DNA of 64,000 nt from Eggerthellaceae bacterium (GCA_963602685.1 CAVCJG010000001.1:13981-77980), one strand, 5' to 3'. Shown: positions 9,419-19,151, numbered from the stretch's first letter. Made by a program: numbers and translations. The notes: generated from the sequence alone by a model not told the origin.

Positions 9419-9958
9419 ATGAAATGGTTTGTTGCAGCATTGTGCGGTGTTTTGCTTTCAGTTTTGATGATTTGTGCGCCTTTTTTTGCTACAAATCAAA
9501 CTCAAACCGAATATTTGCGCCTTCACATCCGCGCAAACTCAAACTCGCAAGAAGACCAACGCGTCAAATACAAGGTTAAAGATGCGATAGTTGAAGCCCT
9601 AATCCCGCTGCTTGCTGATGCAGAAACAAAAGACCAAGCAAAAGATATTGTTGTGAAAAATTTTGACTATATCAACGCTGTTGCCGACGAAGTGTTAAAA
9701 AGCGAAGGATTTTATTATGGCGCAAAAAGCAAGATTTCAACTGAGGAATTTCCGACTCGCACTTACGAAAATATTACGCTTGAGCAAGGCGAGTATGAAG
9801 CGGTTATCATCGAACTTGGCACTGGCACTGGCGACAACTGGTGGTGTCTTGTTTATCCGGCATTTTGCTTCACAAAAACCAAAAATCCGACAAATTATGT
9901 TTATATTTCCAAAATTTGGGAAATAATAGAAAAAGTAAGCGGGAGGAATAAAAATTGA
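9419..9958 (+). CDS. spoIIR: Stage II sporulation protein R
   Basis: Signal/anchor N-terminus, then YLRLHIRANSNSQEDQRVKYKVKDAIV (SpoIIR signature LRLHVxANSDxxxDQ) and GDNWWCLVYP. Confidence 0.85.
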   Translation: MKWFVAALCGVLLSVLMICAPFFATNQTQTEYLRLHIRANSNSQEDQRVKYKVKDAIVEALIPLLADAETKDQAKDIVVKNFDYINAVADEVLKSEGFYYGAKSKISTEEFPTRTYENITLEQGEYEAVIIELGTGTGDNWWCLVYPAFCFTKTKNPTNYVYISKIWEIIEKVSGRNKN

Positions 9959-10632
9959 AACATAAAATTTTAGCAGTGCTTATGGCGATCGTGCTTGTTA
10001 TTGTTCCATGTGCGGTCGTTGGAGTGATACATATGCATGGCGGCGAACAGCAAAATCAAAACGTTGATGCGTTGACGTCCACCGAAAACAAAGCCGTGCA
10101 ACAAAAATTGAAAGAACTTGGATTTTACAATGGCAGTGTTGACGGAGTTTATGGGGCAGGAACGCGCAACGCGGTTATAAAGTTTCAAAAGTCACGTGGG
10201 TTAACTGCGGACGGAGTAGTTGGCGCTAAGACTGCAAAAGCGCTCGGGATAACTTTAAACACACAGCAAGTTTCACAGTCAAGCAGTGATTTGTATGTGC
10301 TTGCGAAATGCGTTTATGCCGAAGCCCGCGGCGAACCATATGAAGGGCAAGTCGCAGTTGCGGCGGTTATATTAAACCGTGTAAAAAGTGCCGATTTTCC
10401 AAACACAATCGCAGGCGTTGTTTATCAACCTTGGGCATTTACTGCTGTTCATGACGGGCAAATCAACTTAGAGCCAGATCAAACGGCATACAGCGCGGCG
10501 CGTGATGCAATGAATGGTTGGGATCCTACATACGGATGCTTGTATTATTACAATGCTTCCACAGCCACAAGCAAATGGATTTTTTCAAGAACAACAGTCG
10601 TCACCATTGGCAACCATGTGTTTGCGATTTAG
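9955..10632 (+). CDS. sleB: Spore cortex-lytic enzyme SleB (PG-binding domain plus Hydrolase_2)
   Basis: PG_binding_1 motif LGFYNGSVDGVYGAGTRNAVIKFQKSRGLTADGVVG. Catalytic region VYAEARGEPYEGQVAVAAVILNRV...VVYQPWAFTAV. It is followed by ypeB. Confidence 0.85.
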   Translation: MKHKILAVLMAIVLVIVPCAVVGVIHMHGGEQQNQNVDALTSTENKAVQQKLKELGFYNGSVDGVYGAGTRNAVIKFQKSRGLTADGVVGAKTAKALGITLNTQQVSQSSSDLYVLAKCVYAEARGEPYEGQVAVAAVILNRVKSADFPNTIAGVVYQPWAFTAVHDGQINLEPDQTAYSAARDAMNGWDPTYGCLYYYNASTATSKWIFSRTTVVTIGNHVFAI

Positions 10633-10645
10633 TGGGAGGTGAAAG

Positions 10646-12031
10646 ATGAAAAATAAAGAAGTTAAATCGTCTCAAAGCGTGCCTAAAAGAAGATATACAA
10701 AAGGTCTTGTAATAGGACTTTCTGTTGCGGTTGGCGTGCTTGGACTATCAACGATAGGTTTTGCAACCGCATATGGCTGCACGCAATCGGCTGCGAATCA
10801 ATATTCTATTCAACTTGAAAACGTCTATCAAAAAAACATGTATGACTTGGTTGAAAGCGTAAATAACACCGAAACCAAACTCAGCAAAATTTTGGCAGCC
10901 AGTGAAGGCGGATTGCAAAAGAAGTTGCTGGCGGAGGTTGCGCAAAACACAGAACTGGCAGAAAACTCAATATCTTCGTTGCCAATTTCGCAAAATTCTT
11001 TGGCTGATAGTGTTAAATTTATCAATCAAATGGGCGCTTATACTCAGTCGCTTGCTGACAAACTGGCGCAAGGTGGCAGCCTTAATCAAAAAGATTTGTC
11101 GACTCTTCAAAATCTTCATGAAAGCGTGCTTGACATGAAAAACCAAATCAATAAATTTGTTAAAAAAGTGCAACAAAACTATTCAATTTTGCAACAAAGT
11201 TTGAATATTGATGGAGATTTTAACAATTTTACGATTGATATGTCATCAATTAAGGGCGAAGACATCGACTATCCAGTTATGATTTATGACGGGCCATTCT
11301 CTGACGCCGAGCAAAACGTCACAGTGAAAGGCTTAAAGGGTGAAACCTTAAACAGCGAACAATGCCAAAAAGAAGTTGAAAAAGCGTTTAAAAACTATGC
11401 GTCAATTAGTTATTCTGGCGAAATTAACAGCCGATTTGAAACATTTACATATCATGTGACCAACACTGACAATCAAAAATTGTTTGTTCAAGTGTCAAAA
11501 GTTGGCGGACACATAATCACTGTCAGCGGCAGGGGAAATGTAAGTCAAAACAAAAAGATTGGATTTGATGAAGCGAAAAAGATAGCATTGGATTTTGCTG
11601 CCGAAAACGGGATTGAAGGCGGCGAAGTTGTATGGCACGATCAAATTCAAAATGACGTCTATTTAAACATAGCGCCAACAAGTAACGGAATAATTTTGTA
11701 TCCTGACCTAGTAAAAGTAAAAGTTGACCTAACGACATCGACAATCGTTGGATATGACGCGACAAATTACTTTTTAAATCACATTCCAAGAGCGCTTAAA
11801 GCGCCAGCCAAAACGGCAAATTCATTTAAAAGCAAATTGCCAAGCGATTTGACGATAAAGGGCACAAAGTTGGTTCTTGCTCCGCTTGACTATGACAGAG
11901 AAGTCGTTTGCTTTGAATATGAATGCGAAAAAGCAGGAGCGACATATTATGTCTACTTAAACGCAGACACGGGCAAAGAAGAAAACGTGCTTAAAGTGAT
12001 TCAAACAACCGACGGAAGCAAACTTATGTAA
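10646..12031 (+). CDS. ypeB: Germination protein YpeB
   Basis: 461 aa with an N-terminal anchor, a coiled region and C-terminal PepSY-like repeats. Canonical sleB-ypeB gene pair. Confidence 0.8.
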   Translation: MKNKEVKSSQSVPKRRYTKGLVIGLSVAVGVLGLSTIGFATAYGCTQSAANQYSIQLENVYQKNMYDLVESVNNTETKLSKILAASEGGLQKKLLAEVAQNTELAENSISSLPISQNSLADSVKFINQMGAYTQSLADKLAQGGSLNQKDLSTLQNLHESVLDMKNQINKFVKKVQQNYSILQQSLNIDGDFNNFTIDMSSIKGEDIDYPVMIYDGPFSDAEQNVTVKGLKGETLNSEQCQKEVEKAFKNYASISYSGEINSRFETFTYHVTNTDNQKLFVQVSKVGGHIITVSGRGNVSQNKKIGFDEAKKIALDFAAENGIEGGEVVWHDQIQNDVYLNIAPTSNGIILYPDLVKVKVDLTTSTIVGYDATNYFLNHIPRALKAPAKTANSFKSKLPSDLTIKGTKLVLAPLDYDREVVCFEYECEKAGATYYVYLNADTGKEENVLKVIQTTDGSKLM

Positions 12032-12043
12032 CAAATTTAGCAG

Positions 12044-12073
12044 AAAAAAACCGCAAACAAATTGCGGTTTTTT
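12044..12073 (+). terminator. Intrinsic terminator after ypeB
   Basis: A-run, stem CCGCAA/TTGCGG with 5-nt loop, then T6. Confidence 0.75.
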
Positions 12074-12110
12074 GATTGTCTCAGTTGGGGTCAGCCATAA
12101 AAAATGGGTA

Positions 12111-12139
12111 TTGACTTTTAGGGCCAAAAGCGGTATACT
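12111..12139 (+). promoter_or_regulatory. Sigma-A-type promoter for the 12194 surface-protein gene
   Basis: TTGACT - 17 nt - TATACT. Confidence 0.45.
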
Positions 12140-12193
12140 TAAAAAGGTTAAAAATGACTGAAAAAATCGCAAAAAACGCGATTTGGAGGGTAA

Positions 12194-15100
12194 ATGAAAA
12201 GATTTTTAATGTATATCGTAGTAGCAATCGTGCTGATTTCAGCAGGTTTTTCTATATATTATGTTGTGAGAAACAACGAAGAAATTTACAGCCTTATCGA
12301 AGGTGACGAACTTTTTTATATCAATGAAAACGAAACTTTGGAAATTCCTATCGTAAGAGATCATCCTGCATCATACACCGAACTTACTTTGAAAAGCGGA
12401 TATGAAGACTATTTGGATGTTGACCTTGAAAACTGGACTGTTACTGGCAAAAGCGCAGGAATTGCAACACTTACATTTGTTTCAACAAACAAAAGATATG
12501 AAGGTGAAACATTCGACGTTCACTGCCATATCGGAAACGGAACAGTTTCACATCCTTATTACATAAGAAACGAACAAGACATTTTAAACTTAGGCAAAGG
12601 CCAATACAAACTTTCATGCTCATATGAAGTTGTAAACGACATCAAAATGACAGCATCAATGATGCCAATCGGCGTTGAAGTTACAGACGGCACAATGAAA
12701 GTTAATGAATTTTCAGGAACAATCACCGGTGGCGTTCACAGAAAGAAAATTTCAAACGTCAATGTTAAAATCGACGGCGATCTCAGCCCAAAATCATCAG
12801 GATTCTTTGCGGTTGTAGGCTCAAACGGAAAAGTTGAAAACTTAGTTTTCGAAAACATCACAGTCGAAGGATATCACGCCTATGCCGGAACAATCGCCGG
12901 AGCAAACTTTGGACTTATCGGAATGTGCCAAGTTAAGGGCGGAAAGGTTATAAACGAATATGAACGTGGCTTCACTGGCGGAATCGTAGGACTAAACGAA
13001 AGAGCTTCAGGAAGCGACAATTTTGCTCAAATCAACATTTGCGAAGCGAATGTAGAACTTAATTCAAAATGGGTGGCAGGTGGTGCTGCCGGCAAAAACA
13101 ATGGCGGAGTAATTTACAACTGCTTGCTTAAAACAAACAAACTTGAACTCAGCGTTGCAGACGGACAAGATCCAAAATATTCATACTATGGTGGCGTTGC
13201 AGGAATTTCAGTTTGTGGCGAAAGCAAAACAGGGGACATCTATGACAGTTATGTCGCAAATTGCCTTGTTTACATTGACGGAATTCAACCAACAACATCG
13301 CACGTAGCTGGTGTGTTTGGCGCATACTATGGCAAAAGCGCCGTTTATGAATCTGAAGGAAACTACAAAATGCTTATGTATGTTGCACCTTCAAACATAA
13401 AAGCATATTATCTTTGCGACGATGAAGTAGAAATTTCAGACAAAAACCCATCAACTGCACACAGTTATGCAAAACGCCTTACAAACGAAGAAGCATTAGT
13501 TAAAAAGACTTATACTGCTCCAAACGGCAGCAACTGGGATTTCAAAACAGTTTGGTCACTTGTCCCAAGCGAATCAATCAGCCTTGCATTTGACAGCGCT
13601 GACGAAGAAAACGTAATGGAATATCAAACATTTAGTTCAAACGGTCAAACAATCACTATTACAACAAAGAAAGAACTTGAAACTGCTTTCAACACAATGA
13701 GAGCTCAACCAAGCAAAAACTATATTTATGAAATCACAGAATCAATCGTTTATGATGGCGGCGCAAAAGAATGGGAGCCAATCGGATCACAAACAAGACC
13801 ATTCAAAGGTCAATTCAAAATGAAAGATGATGTGACAATCACAATCAAAAATATCAAAATCAACAGTGAATTTGCCGGATTGTTTGGATGCATTTCAGGC
13901 AACAACACAATCATCAAAAACATTATTTTGAAAGACGTTGAAGCAAACGGAACAGTTGTCGGCGGAATCGCCGCTTGCAACTATGGCGCAACAATCGAAA
14001 ATTGCCAAGTTCACTCATATGATTTCTACACAAACAAATATCTCGGTTCAATCGCAGGTTACAACGAAGGAACAATCAAAAATTGTATCGTTTGCTCAGA
14101 ACCTAAAACAATCGAAAAAGAAGTTAATGGCGAAACAGTTGAAGAAATCGTTTATGACGAAGAAACAGGCGAAATTGTTTATACAATGTCATCAAATGGT
14201 GGCGGAATGTATATCAACACAACTACTACCGAATCTACAATTTACATCGGCGGAATCGTTGGTAAAAACGCCGGAACAATCGATAAAGTATTCTTAAGCA
14301 AAATCGAACTTTTACAACTTGCAGGCGAAAACAGAGAATTATATCTTGGTGGCGCAACTGGTGTAAACACAGGCAAAATCACAGATGTAAAAATCAACAA
14401 CGGCTTCTCAGTTGAAGCAAACGACTACACAACATCAAACGCATATTTTGGTGGTTTGGTCGGCTATCATCAAAGCGGAAGCATCATTTCATCAGCAATC
14501 ACTGGTGAAACAGACAAAGTGCTTTCAAGCTTTGCTTTCAATAAAACAAACGAAAACATAGTTGGCGGAGGACTTGCTGGTTACATTGGCAAGGGCGCAA
14601 AAGTTTATTACAGTGTAGCCGATTTTGTTAAAATGACAGGTTATTCACTCGGCGGATTCGCTGGTGTGTGCGACGGTGAAATTGTTCAAAGTTACGTTTC
14701 ACAAAATTGCCAAATGGACGGCGCTTACGTTGGCGGATTTACAGCATCATTAAGAGGTGCAATCGAAGATTGTATGTCAGCTGCAGAATTTAACGCTTCA
14801 AAAATCGAAGCGGGCATGACAGTTTATTTGAGAAAAGATTCACGCATTGATCACTGCTATATCGACGTTTCATTTAAACAATCAGCAAACGACGCAAGCG
14901 GAAAAGAAACATTTGCAGAAACTAGTTCAGAATTTCGTGCAAGACCTGATAGATTTGGATCAATCACAAACACAATCATCGTTGCTGATACAAAGGCAGT
15001 TACTTCAGTTGACAAAGACGGAAACGAAACTGTTCACGAAGACCTTGATTTCTTCAAGTGGGGAATTAAAGATACAACTCTCATCACAAATTGCTATGTA

Positions 15101-15466
15101 AATATAAATGCTGTTAAAGCGAAAATTCAAACATATTTCTTAACGTTTGCAAACGATGTTCAAGTTGCAGAATACACAAGCTTAAACTGCACAGCAGACG
15201 GATTGCTTAGCAAACTTGGTTTCTTAGAAAGCAACTGGAACCTTGTTTCAGAAGACAGCGATGCTTCACAAATGGCTATTCCACTTAAAGCAGCCGAAGT
15301 TGTTAAGGTTGACATTGCAAGCAAGCATAAAAAAGACACAACTGACAACAGTGGTTCAGGCGAACAAGAAAACGGAAATGGCGGGGAGACAACTCCACCT
15401 GCAACTCCAGAAATTCCTGTTATTCCACAACCAACGGCAAGTGGTTATAAAAGAAGAGCCGCTTAA
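12194..15466 (+). CDS. Large N-terminally anchored surface protein with Ig-like domain and many GLUG-type (GGxxG) repeats; Pro/Thr-rich C-terminus
   Basis: 1090 aa with TM anchor MYIVVAIVLISAGFSIYYVV. At least 11 repeats of type GGIVG/GGVAG/GGLVG/GGFAG. SHPYYIRNEQDILNL-type entry motif. Tail GETTPPATPEIPVIPQPT. Confidence 0.7.
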   Translation: MKRFLMYIVVAIVLISAGFSIYYVVRNNEEIYSLIEGDELFYINENETLEIPIVRDHPASYTELTLKSGYEDYLDVDLENWTVTGKSAGIATLTFVSTNKRYEGETFDVHCHIGNGTVSHPYYIRNEQDILNLGKGQYKLSCSYEVVNDIKMTASMMPIGVEVTDGTMKVNEFSGTITGGVHRKKISNVNVKIDGDLSPKSSGFFAVVGSNGKVENLVFENITVEGYHAYAGTIAGANFGLIGMCQVKGGKVINEYERGFTGGIVGLNERASGSDNFAQINICEANVELNSKWVAGGAAGKNNGGVIYNCLLKTNKLELSVADGQDPKYSYYGGVAGISVCGESKTGDIYDSYVANCLVYIDGIQPTTSHVAGVFGAYYGKSAVYESEGNYKMLMYVAPSNIKAYYLCDDEVEISDKNPSTAHSYAKRLTNEEALVKKTYTAPNGSNWDFKTVWSLVPSESISLAFDSADEENVMEYQTFSSNGQTITITTKKELETAFNTMRAQPSKNYIYEITESIVYDGGAKEWEPIGSQTRPFKGQFKMKDDVTITIKNIKINSEFAGLFGCISGNNTIIKNIILKDVEANGTVVGGIAACNYGATIENCQVHSYDFYTNKYLGSIAGYNEGTIKNCIVCSEPKTIEKEVNGETVEEIVYDEETGEIVYTMSSNGGGMYINTTTTESTIYIGGIVGKNAGTIDKVFLSKIELLQLAGENRELYLGGATGVNTGKITDVKINNGFSVEANDYTTSNAYFGGLVGYHQSGSIISSAITGETDKVLSSFAFNKTNENIVGGGLAGYIGKGAKVYYSVADFVKMTGYSLGGFAGVCDGEIVQSYVSQNCQMDGAYVGGFTASLRGAIEDCMSAAEFNASKIEAGMTVYLRKDSRIDHCYIDVSFKQSANDASGKETFAETSSEFRARPDRFGSITNTIIVADTKAVTSVDKDGNETVHEDLDFFKWGIKDTTLITNCYVNINAVKAKIQTYFLTFANDVQVAEYTSLNCTADGLLSKLGFLESNWNLVSEDSDASQMAIPLKAAEVVKVDIASKHKKDTTDNSGSGEQENGNGGETTPPATPEIPVIPQPTASGYKRRAA

Positions 15467-15480
15467 ACAAAACAGAAAAT

Positions 15481-15510
15481 AAAAAAACACGTTTTAAAAC
15501 GTGTTTTTTT
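15481..15510. terminator. Bidirectional intrinsic terminator between the surface-protein gene and spoVG
   Basis: Perfect palindrome AAAAAAACACGTTTT/AAAACGTGTTTTTTT flanked by an A-run and a T-run. Confidence 0.75.
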
Positions 15511-15526
15511 GTGGCTTAAATAAAAA

Positions 15527-15790
15527 TTATTCAGCTTTGTTTGTTTCAGCTTCGTAAGCGTCAAGAATAGTTTTCTTCAATTCTTCTCTAGTTGCTGTGT
15601 TGATTGGGTGAACGATGTCTTTGTATTCGCCTTCAGGTGTTTTTCTGTTTGGCATTGAAATGAAAAGCCCATCTCTTCCGTTGATCACTTTAATGTCGTG
15701 AACAACAAAGCACTCGTCAATAGTAATTGAAGCAACTGCTTTAAGTTTTTCGTCGCTTACTAATCTTACTCTCACATCTGTAATTTTCAA
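15527..15790 (-). CDS. spoVG: Septation protein SpoVG
   Basis: [11 protein letters not shown]...[43 protein letters not shown] is essentially the SpoVG consensus. Confidence 0.95.
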   Translation of the reverse strand: MKITDVRVRLVSDEKLKAVASITIDECFVVHDIKVINGRDGLFISMPNRKTPEGEYKDIVHPINTATREELKKTILDAYEAETNKAE

Positions 15791-15878
15791 ATTTGTATAC
15801 CTTCCTTTTTAAGTCTCGCAATATCTTGCTACCCTTATAATATCAAAAAGCATAAAAATTTCAAAATGATTTTTACAA

Positions 15879-16640
15879 GTGAACAAAAATTTAATATCGC
15901 TCATAAAAGATAATGTGATTTATGTTTTTGGCGATTGTCAGATTTATTATCGAGTTTACGGAAAGAGCAAAAACCGCGTGAACATCTTTTTGCACGGCTG
16001 GGGACAGAGCGGGAAGTGCTTTTCAAACATTATAAAGCACTTTAAAGGCTGCCAAAACATCACGATTGATTTTCCGCCTTTCGGAGCAAGCGGTCAGCCG
16101 CACGGATGGAATTTATATTCATATGCAAACATGGTCATGTCATTATGTGACCATTTAAAAATCGAAAAATGCAACTTAATAGGCCATTCGTTTGGTGGCA
16201 GAATTGCAATTTTAATTGCATCGCTTAAACCGTCGCTTGTTGATAAGATGGTTTTGGTTGGAAGCGCCGGAATGAAGCCAAAGCGCAAAATTTCATATTA
16301 TTTTAATGTTTTTTCATATAAAATACTTAAATTTTTTGGATATTTTCCTAAAAATGCAGGATCAAGCGATTATTGCAAACTTTCTGATGATATGAAAAAA
16401 ACTTTTGTATCGATAGTAAACACTCCGCTTGAAGAATATTGCCCGCAAATTGTTGCGCGCACACTTATTGTGTTTGGAGAGCGCGACAGTGAAACTCCTG
16501 TTTATATGGCAAAGCGTTTGCATCGACTGATTAAAAATTCGGAACTTATAATTTTAGAAGGTGCAGGGCACTTCGTGTTTGTTGATCGAGAAATGGCTTT
16601 TGTTAGGGTGACAAAAAACTTTTTGTTGGGGGCGGAATGA
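15879..16640 (+). CDS. Alpha/beta-fold hydrolase
   Basis: HGWGQS oxyanion region, nucleophile elbow GHSFGG, C-terminal GAGHF. GTG start. Confidence 0.7.
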   Translation: MNKNLISLIKDNVIYVFGDCQIYYRVYGKSKNRVNIFLHGWGQSGKCFSNIIKHFKGCQNITIDFPPFGASGQPHGWNLYSYANMVMSLCDHLKIEKCNLIGHSFGGRIAILIASLKPSLVDKMVLVGSAGMKPKRKISYYFNVFSYKILKFFGYFPKNAGSSDYCKLSDDMKKTFVSIVNTPLEEYCPQIVARTLIVFGERDSETPVYMAKRLHRLIKNSELIILEGAGHFVFVDREMAFVRVTKNFLLGAE

Positions 16641-18055
16641 ATATTATTTTTGGAACGCTTTTTTTGGTGTTTTTTTTCGCAATTTCTTATCCTTTTGCAA
16701 AAAATTTTCAACTTAGCGGATATGACATTAAATATTACATAAAAAATATCTTTGTATTTTCATATTATTTCAATGGCAAAAACAAACTGGTTTTCACCAA
16801 AAGAATGACGCGGCTTATAGTTTGTTATTTGTTTTTACTAATTTTGATTACATATTCTTACTTTATTTTTTTAAACAGCATTTGGCTTATTGCACTGTGC
16901 GCCATAATCGAGTTTGTGCTGTTGCAGCCTATTTTGTTGCTGGCTGCGGCAATAGTTTCTCCATTTGAAAGGTGGATTAAGTCGAGATATATCATGAAAG
17001 CAAAAAAGCGGTTGAGTCAATTTAAAGGCAAAAAAATTGCAATCACTGGCAGTTTTGGCAAGACTTCTACTAAAAACTTTTTGGCACAAATTTTGCAGAA
17101 AAAATATAAAGTTTGCACGACTCCGAAAAATTACAACACGCCGATGGGACTTTGCAAAACTGCGCTGGAAGTTTTAAAAGACGACGATGAAATTTTAATT
17201 GTCGAAATGGGAGCGCGCCACAAGGGCGATATTGCCGAGTTGATGGAAATGCTGCAGCCGACCTATGGAATTTTGACCGCGGTGGGCGTGCAACATCTTG
17301 AAAGTTTTGGCAGTGAGAAAGCGATTGAAGAGACCAAGTATGAATTATGTGAGCATATGCACAACGGTGGCAGCATAGTGTTTGATTGCGCTTGCGAGAC
17401 AACTAAAAAACTTTATGAACGTTATCAAAACAATAAAGTGGCAGCCAACATTGAAGACGGAGTGTGGTTCGATAAAATAAAATATTCCGCAAAAGGTTGC
17501 CAATGCGAGATCTTTATAAACAAAAAGAGCCATAAAGTCAAATTGCAACTTATCGGCAGCGAAATATTAAAAGATCTTGCTTGTGCGGTTAGCATGGCAA
17601 GCATTCTGGGACTTGATGAGAAAGAGATAATTGAAGTGTTAAAAGACTTGCAGCCCGCGCCACACAGGTTGCAACTGCTGCCAAATTCGTTTTGCACCGT
17701 CATTGATGATTCATACAACAGCAATGTTTTGGGCGCTATGCAAGCGTGCGAATGTGTGCAACTGTTTTCGGGACTAAAAATAATTGTTTCACCTGGGCTT
17801 GTTGAGCAGGGAGATAAACAATATGAGCTAAATTATAAACTTGGGAAAATCATAGGCGCAAGTTGCGACGAATTTATTGTCATGAACGAAACAAACAAAA
17901 ATGCGCTGTTTCAAGGTGCGCTTGCCGCGGGAATGAAAATCGAAAATATTCATTTTGCGTCCACGCGAAAAGAGCAAGGGGCGCTGCTTAAAAGTTTGCA
18001 AAAAAGGGGAAGTGTTGTGCTTTTTGAAAACGACCTTCCAGACAACTATAAATAG
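16637..18055 (+). CDS. murF: UDP-MurNAc-tripeptide--D-Ala-D-Ala ligase (MurF-like) with a hydrophobic N-terminal region
   Basis: Mur-ligase P-loop ITGSFGKTSTKN, EMGARHKGDI, DDSYNSN. It is adjacent to ddl and murE. Residues 1-110 form 3-4 hydrophobic stretches instead of the usual soluble domain 1. Confidence 0.75.
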   Translation: MNIIFGTLFLVFFFAISYPFAKNFQLSGYDIKYYIKNIFVFSYYFNGKNKLVFTKRMTRLIVCYLFLLILITYSYFIFLNSIWLIALCAIIEFVLLQPILLLAAAIVSPFERWIKSRYIMKAKKRLSQFKGKKIAITGSFGKTSTKNFLAQILQKKYKVCTTPKNYNTPMGLCKTALEVLKDDDEILIVEMGARHKGDIAELMEMLQPTYGILTAVGVQHLESFGSEKAIEETKYELCEHMHNGGSIVFDCACETTKKLYERYQNNKVAANIEDGVWFDKIKYSAKGCQCEIFINKKSHKVKLQLIGSEILKDLACAVSMASILGLDEKEIIEVLKDLQPAPHRLQLLPNSFCTVIDDSYNSNVLGAMQACECVQLFSGLKIIVSPGLVEQGDKQYELNYKLGKIIGASCDEFIVMNETNKNALFQGALAAGMKIENIHFASTRKEQGALLKSLQKRGSVVLFENDLPDNYK

Positions 18056-18062
18056 GAGAGTT

Positions 18063-19151
18063 ATGAAAAAAGTTTTAGTTTTATATGGCGGGAAAAGTGT
18101 TGAACATGATATTTCGATTATAACCGCCTTGCAAGCGATGAATGCGATAAAAAACGATGTGCTGCTTTTGCCTGTCTATGTGACGGGCGATGGACGATTT
18201 GTGTCCGCCAGCAATCTGCTTGACGTGAATATTTATTCCGATTTTGCTCGCAAAGCTAAACACAAAAAAGAAGTGTATTTTCAGTTGGGAAAAGGAACTG
18301 TTGTTTTAAAAGGTCGGTTTAAAAGTAAGACCATAAAACCCGATGTCGCACTCATTTGCAATCACGGTGCGAATGGCGAAGATGGCATGATGTCGGCGCT
18401 TATGGAACTTGCCGGAATCGCTTACACTTGCCCAAGCGTTGAATGCAGCAGCGTGTGCATGGATAAGGAAGTTACAAAAATAATTTTGGCCAGCAAAGAT
18501 ATTCCTGTAACAGATTTTGTGTGCGGCGAAGATTTAAAAATTAAAGACATCACATCGGCACTGACTTTTCCTATTATTGTCAAACCTTCACGCTGTGGCA
18601 GCAGTGTGGGAATAACTAAATGCGACAACGCCCAACAACTAAAAATATCAATAGATACCGCAAAAATGTATGACAAAAAGCTGCTTTTTGAGCATTTTAT
18701 TGAAAACGGCCGTGAATTTAATTGTGCTTGCTTGTGTCGCGACGGCAAATACAAAACATCAAAAGTGTGCGAAGTCCGCCCTAAAGGGCTTTATAGTTTT
18801 GAAGAAAAATACTTAAGCGACAAGCCATCTTCGACTTTTAAAATCGAAAAAGAAGCAAAGAAAATGATTGAAAAACTAACGGTTGAAGTGTGCAAAATCT
18901 TGGATTGCGAAGGCGTGGTGCGTGTTGACTTTTTAATGGCAAAAGACGGCAAGATGTTTGTAAATGAAGTCAACACGATTCCTGGCTCGCTTGCATTTTA
19001 TCTGTTTGACAATATGCGAGAAGTTGTGTTTGAAAGCATTGATATGGCGCTTGAAAGATTTGAAAAAAATAAGCAGTTTTCTTTTAATCATGACTCGCAA
19101 GCGCTGAATGTATTTGCAAACGCAAATATGAATAATTATGCAAAGAAATAA
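18063..19151 (+). CDS. ddl: D-alanine--D-alanine ligase
   Basis: MKKVLVLYGGKSVEHDISIITA, GEDGMMSALMELAGIAYT, ATP-grasp EVNTIPGS. RBS AGGAGAG precedes ATG 18063. The ORF-track start at 17955 is an upstream extension overlapping murF. Confidence 0.9.
   Translation: MKKVLVLYGGKSVEHDISIITALQAMNAIKNDVLLLPVYVTGDGRFVSASNLLDVNIYSDFARKAKHKKEVYFQLGKGTVVLKGRFKSKTIKPDVALICNHGANGEDGMMSALMELAGIAYTCPSVECSSVCMDKEVTKIILASKDIPVTDFVCGEDLKIKDITSALTFPIIVKPSRCGSSVGITKCDNAQQLKISIDTAKMYDKKLLFEHFIENGREFNCACLCRDGKYKTSKVCEVRPKGLYSFEEKYLSDKPSSTFKIEKEAKKMIEKLTVEVCKILDCEGVVRVDFLMAKDGKMFVNEVNTIPGSLAFYLFDNMREVVFESIDMALERFEKNKQFSFNHDSQALNVFANANMNNYAKK

Noticed and set aside
17955-18062. Upstream extensions of ORF-track starts: ddl 17955, feoB 40945, spoIVA 45322, S8-like 30024, mTERF-like 24265
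   Set aside because: In each case an internal ATG with a good Shine-Dalgarno gives a canonical N-terminus (for example MKKVLVLYGG for Ddl and MEKYEIYDD for SpoIVA). The extension overlaps the upstream gene, a promoter or a terminator.
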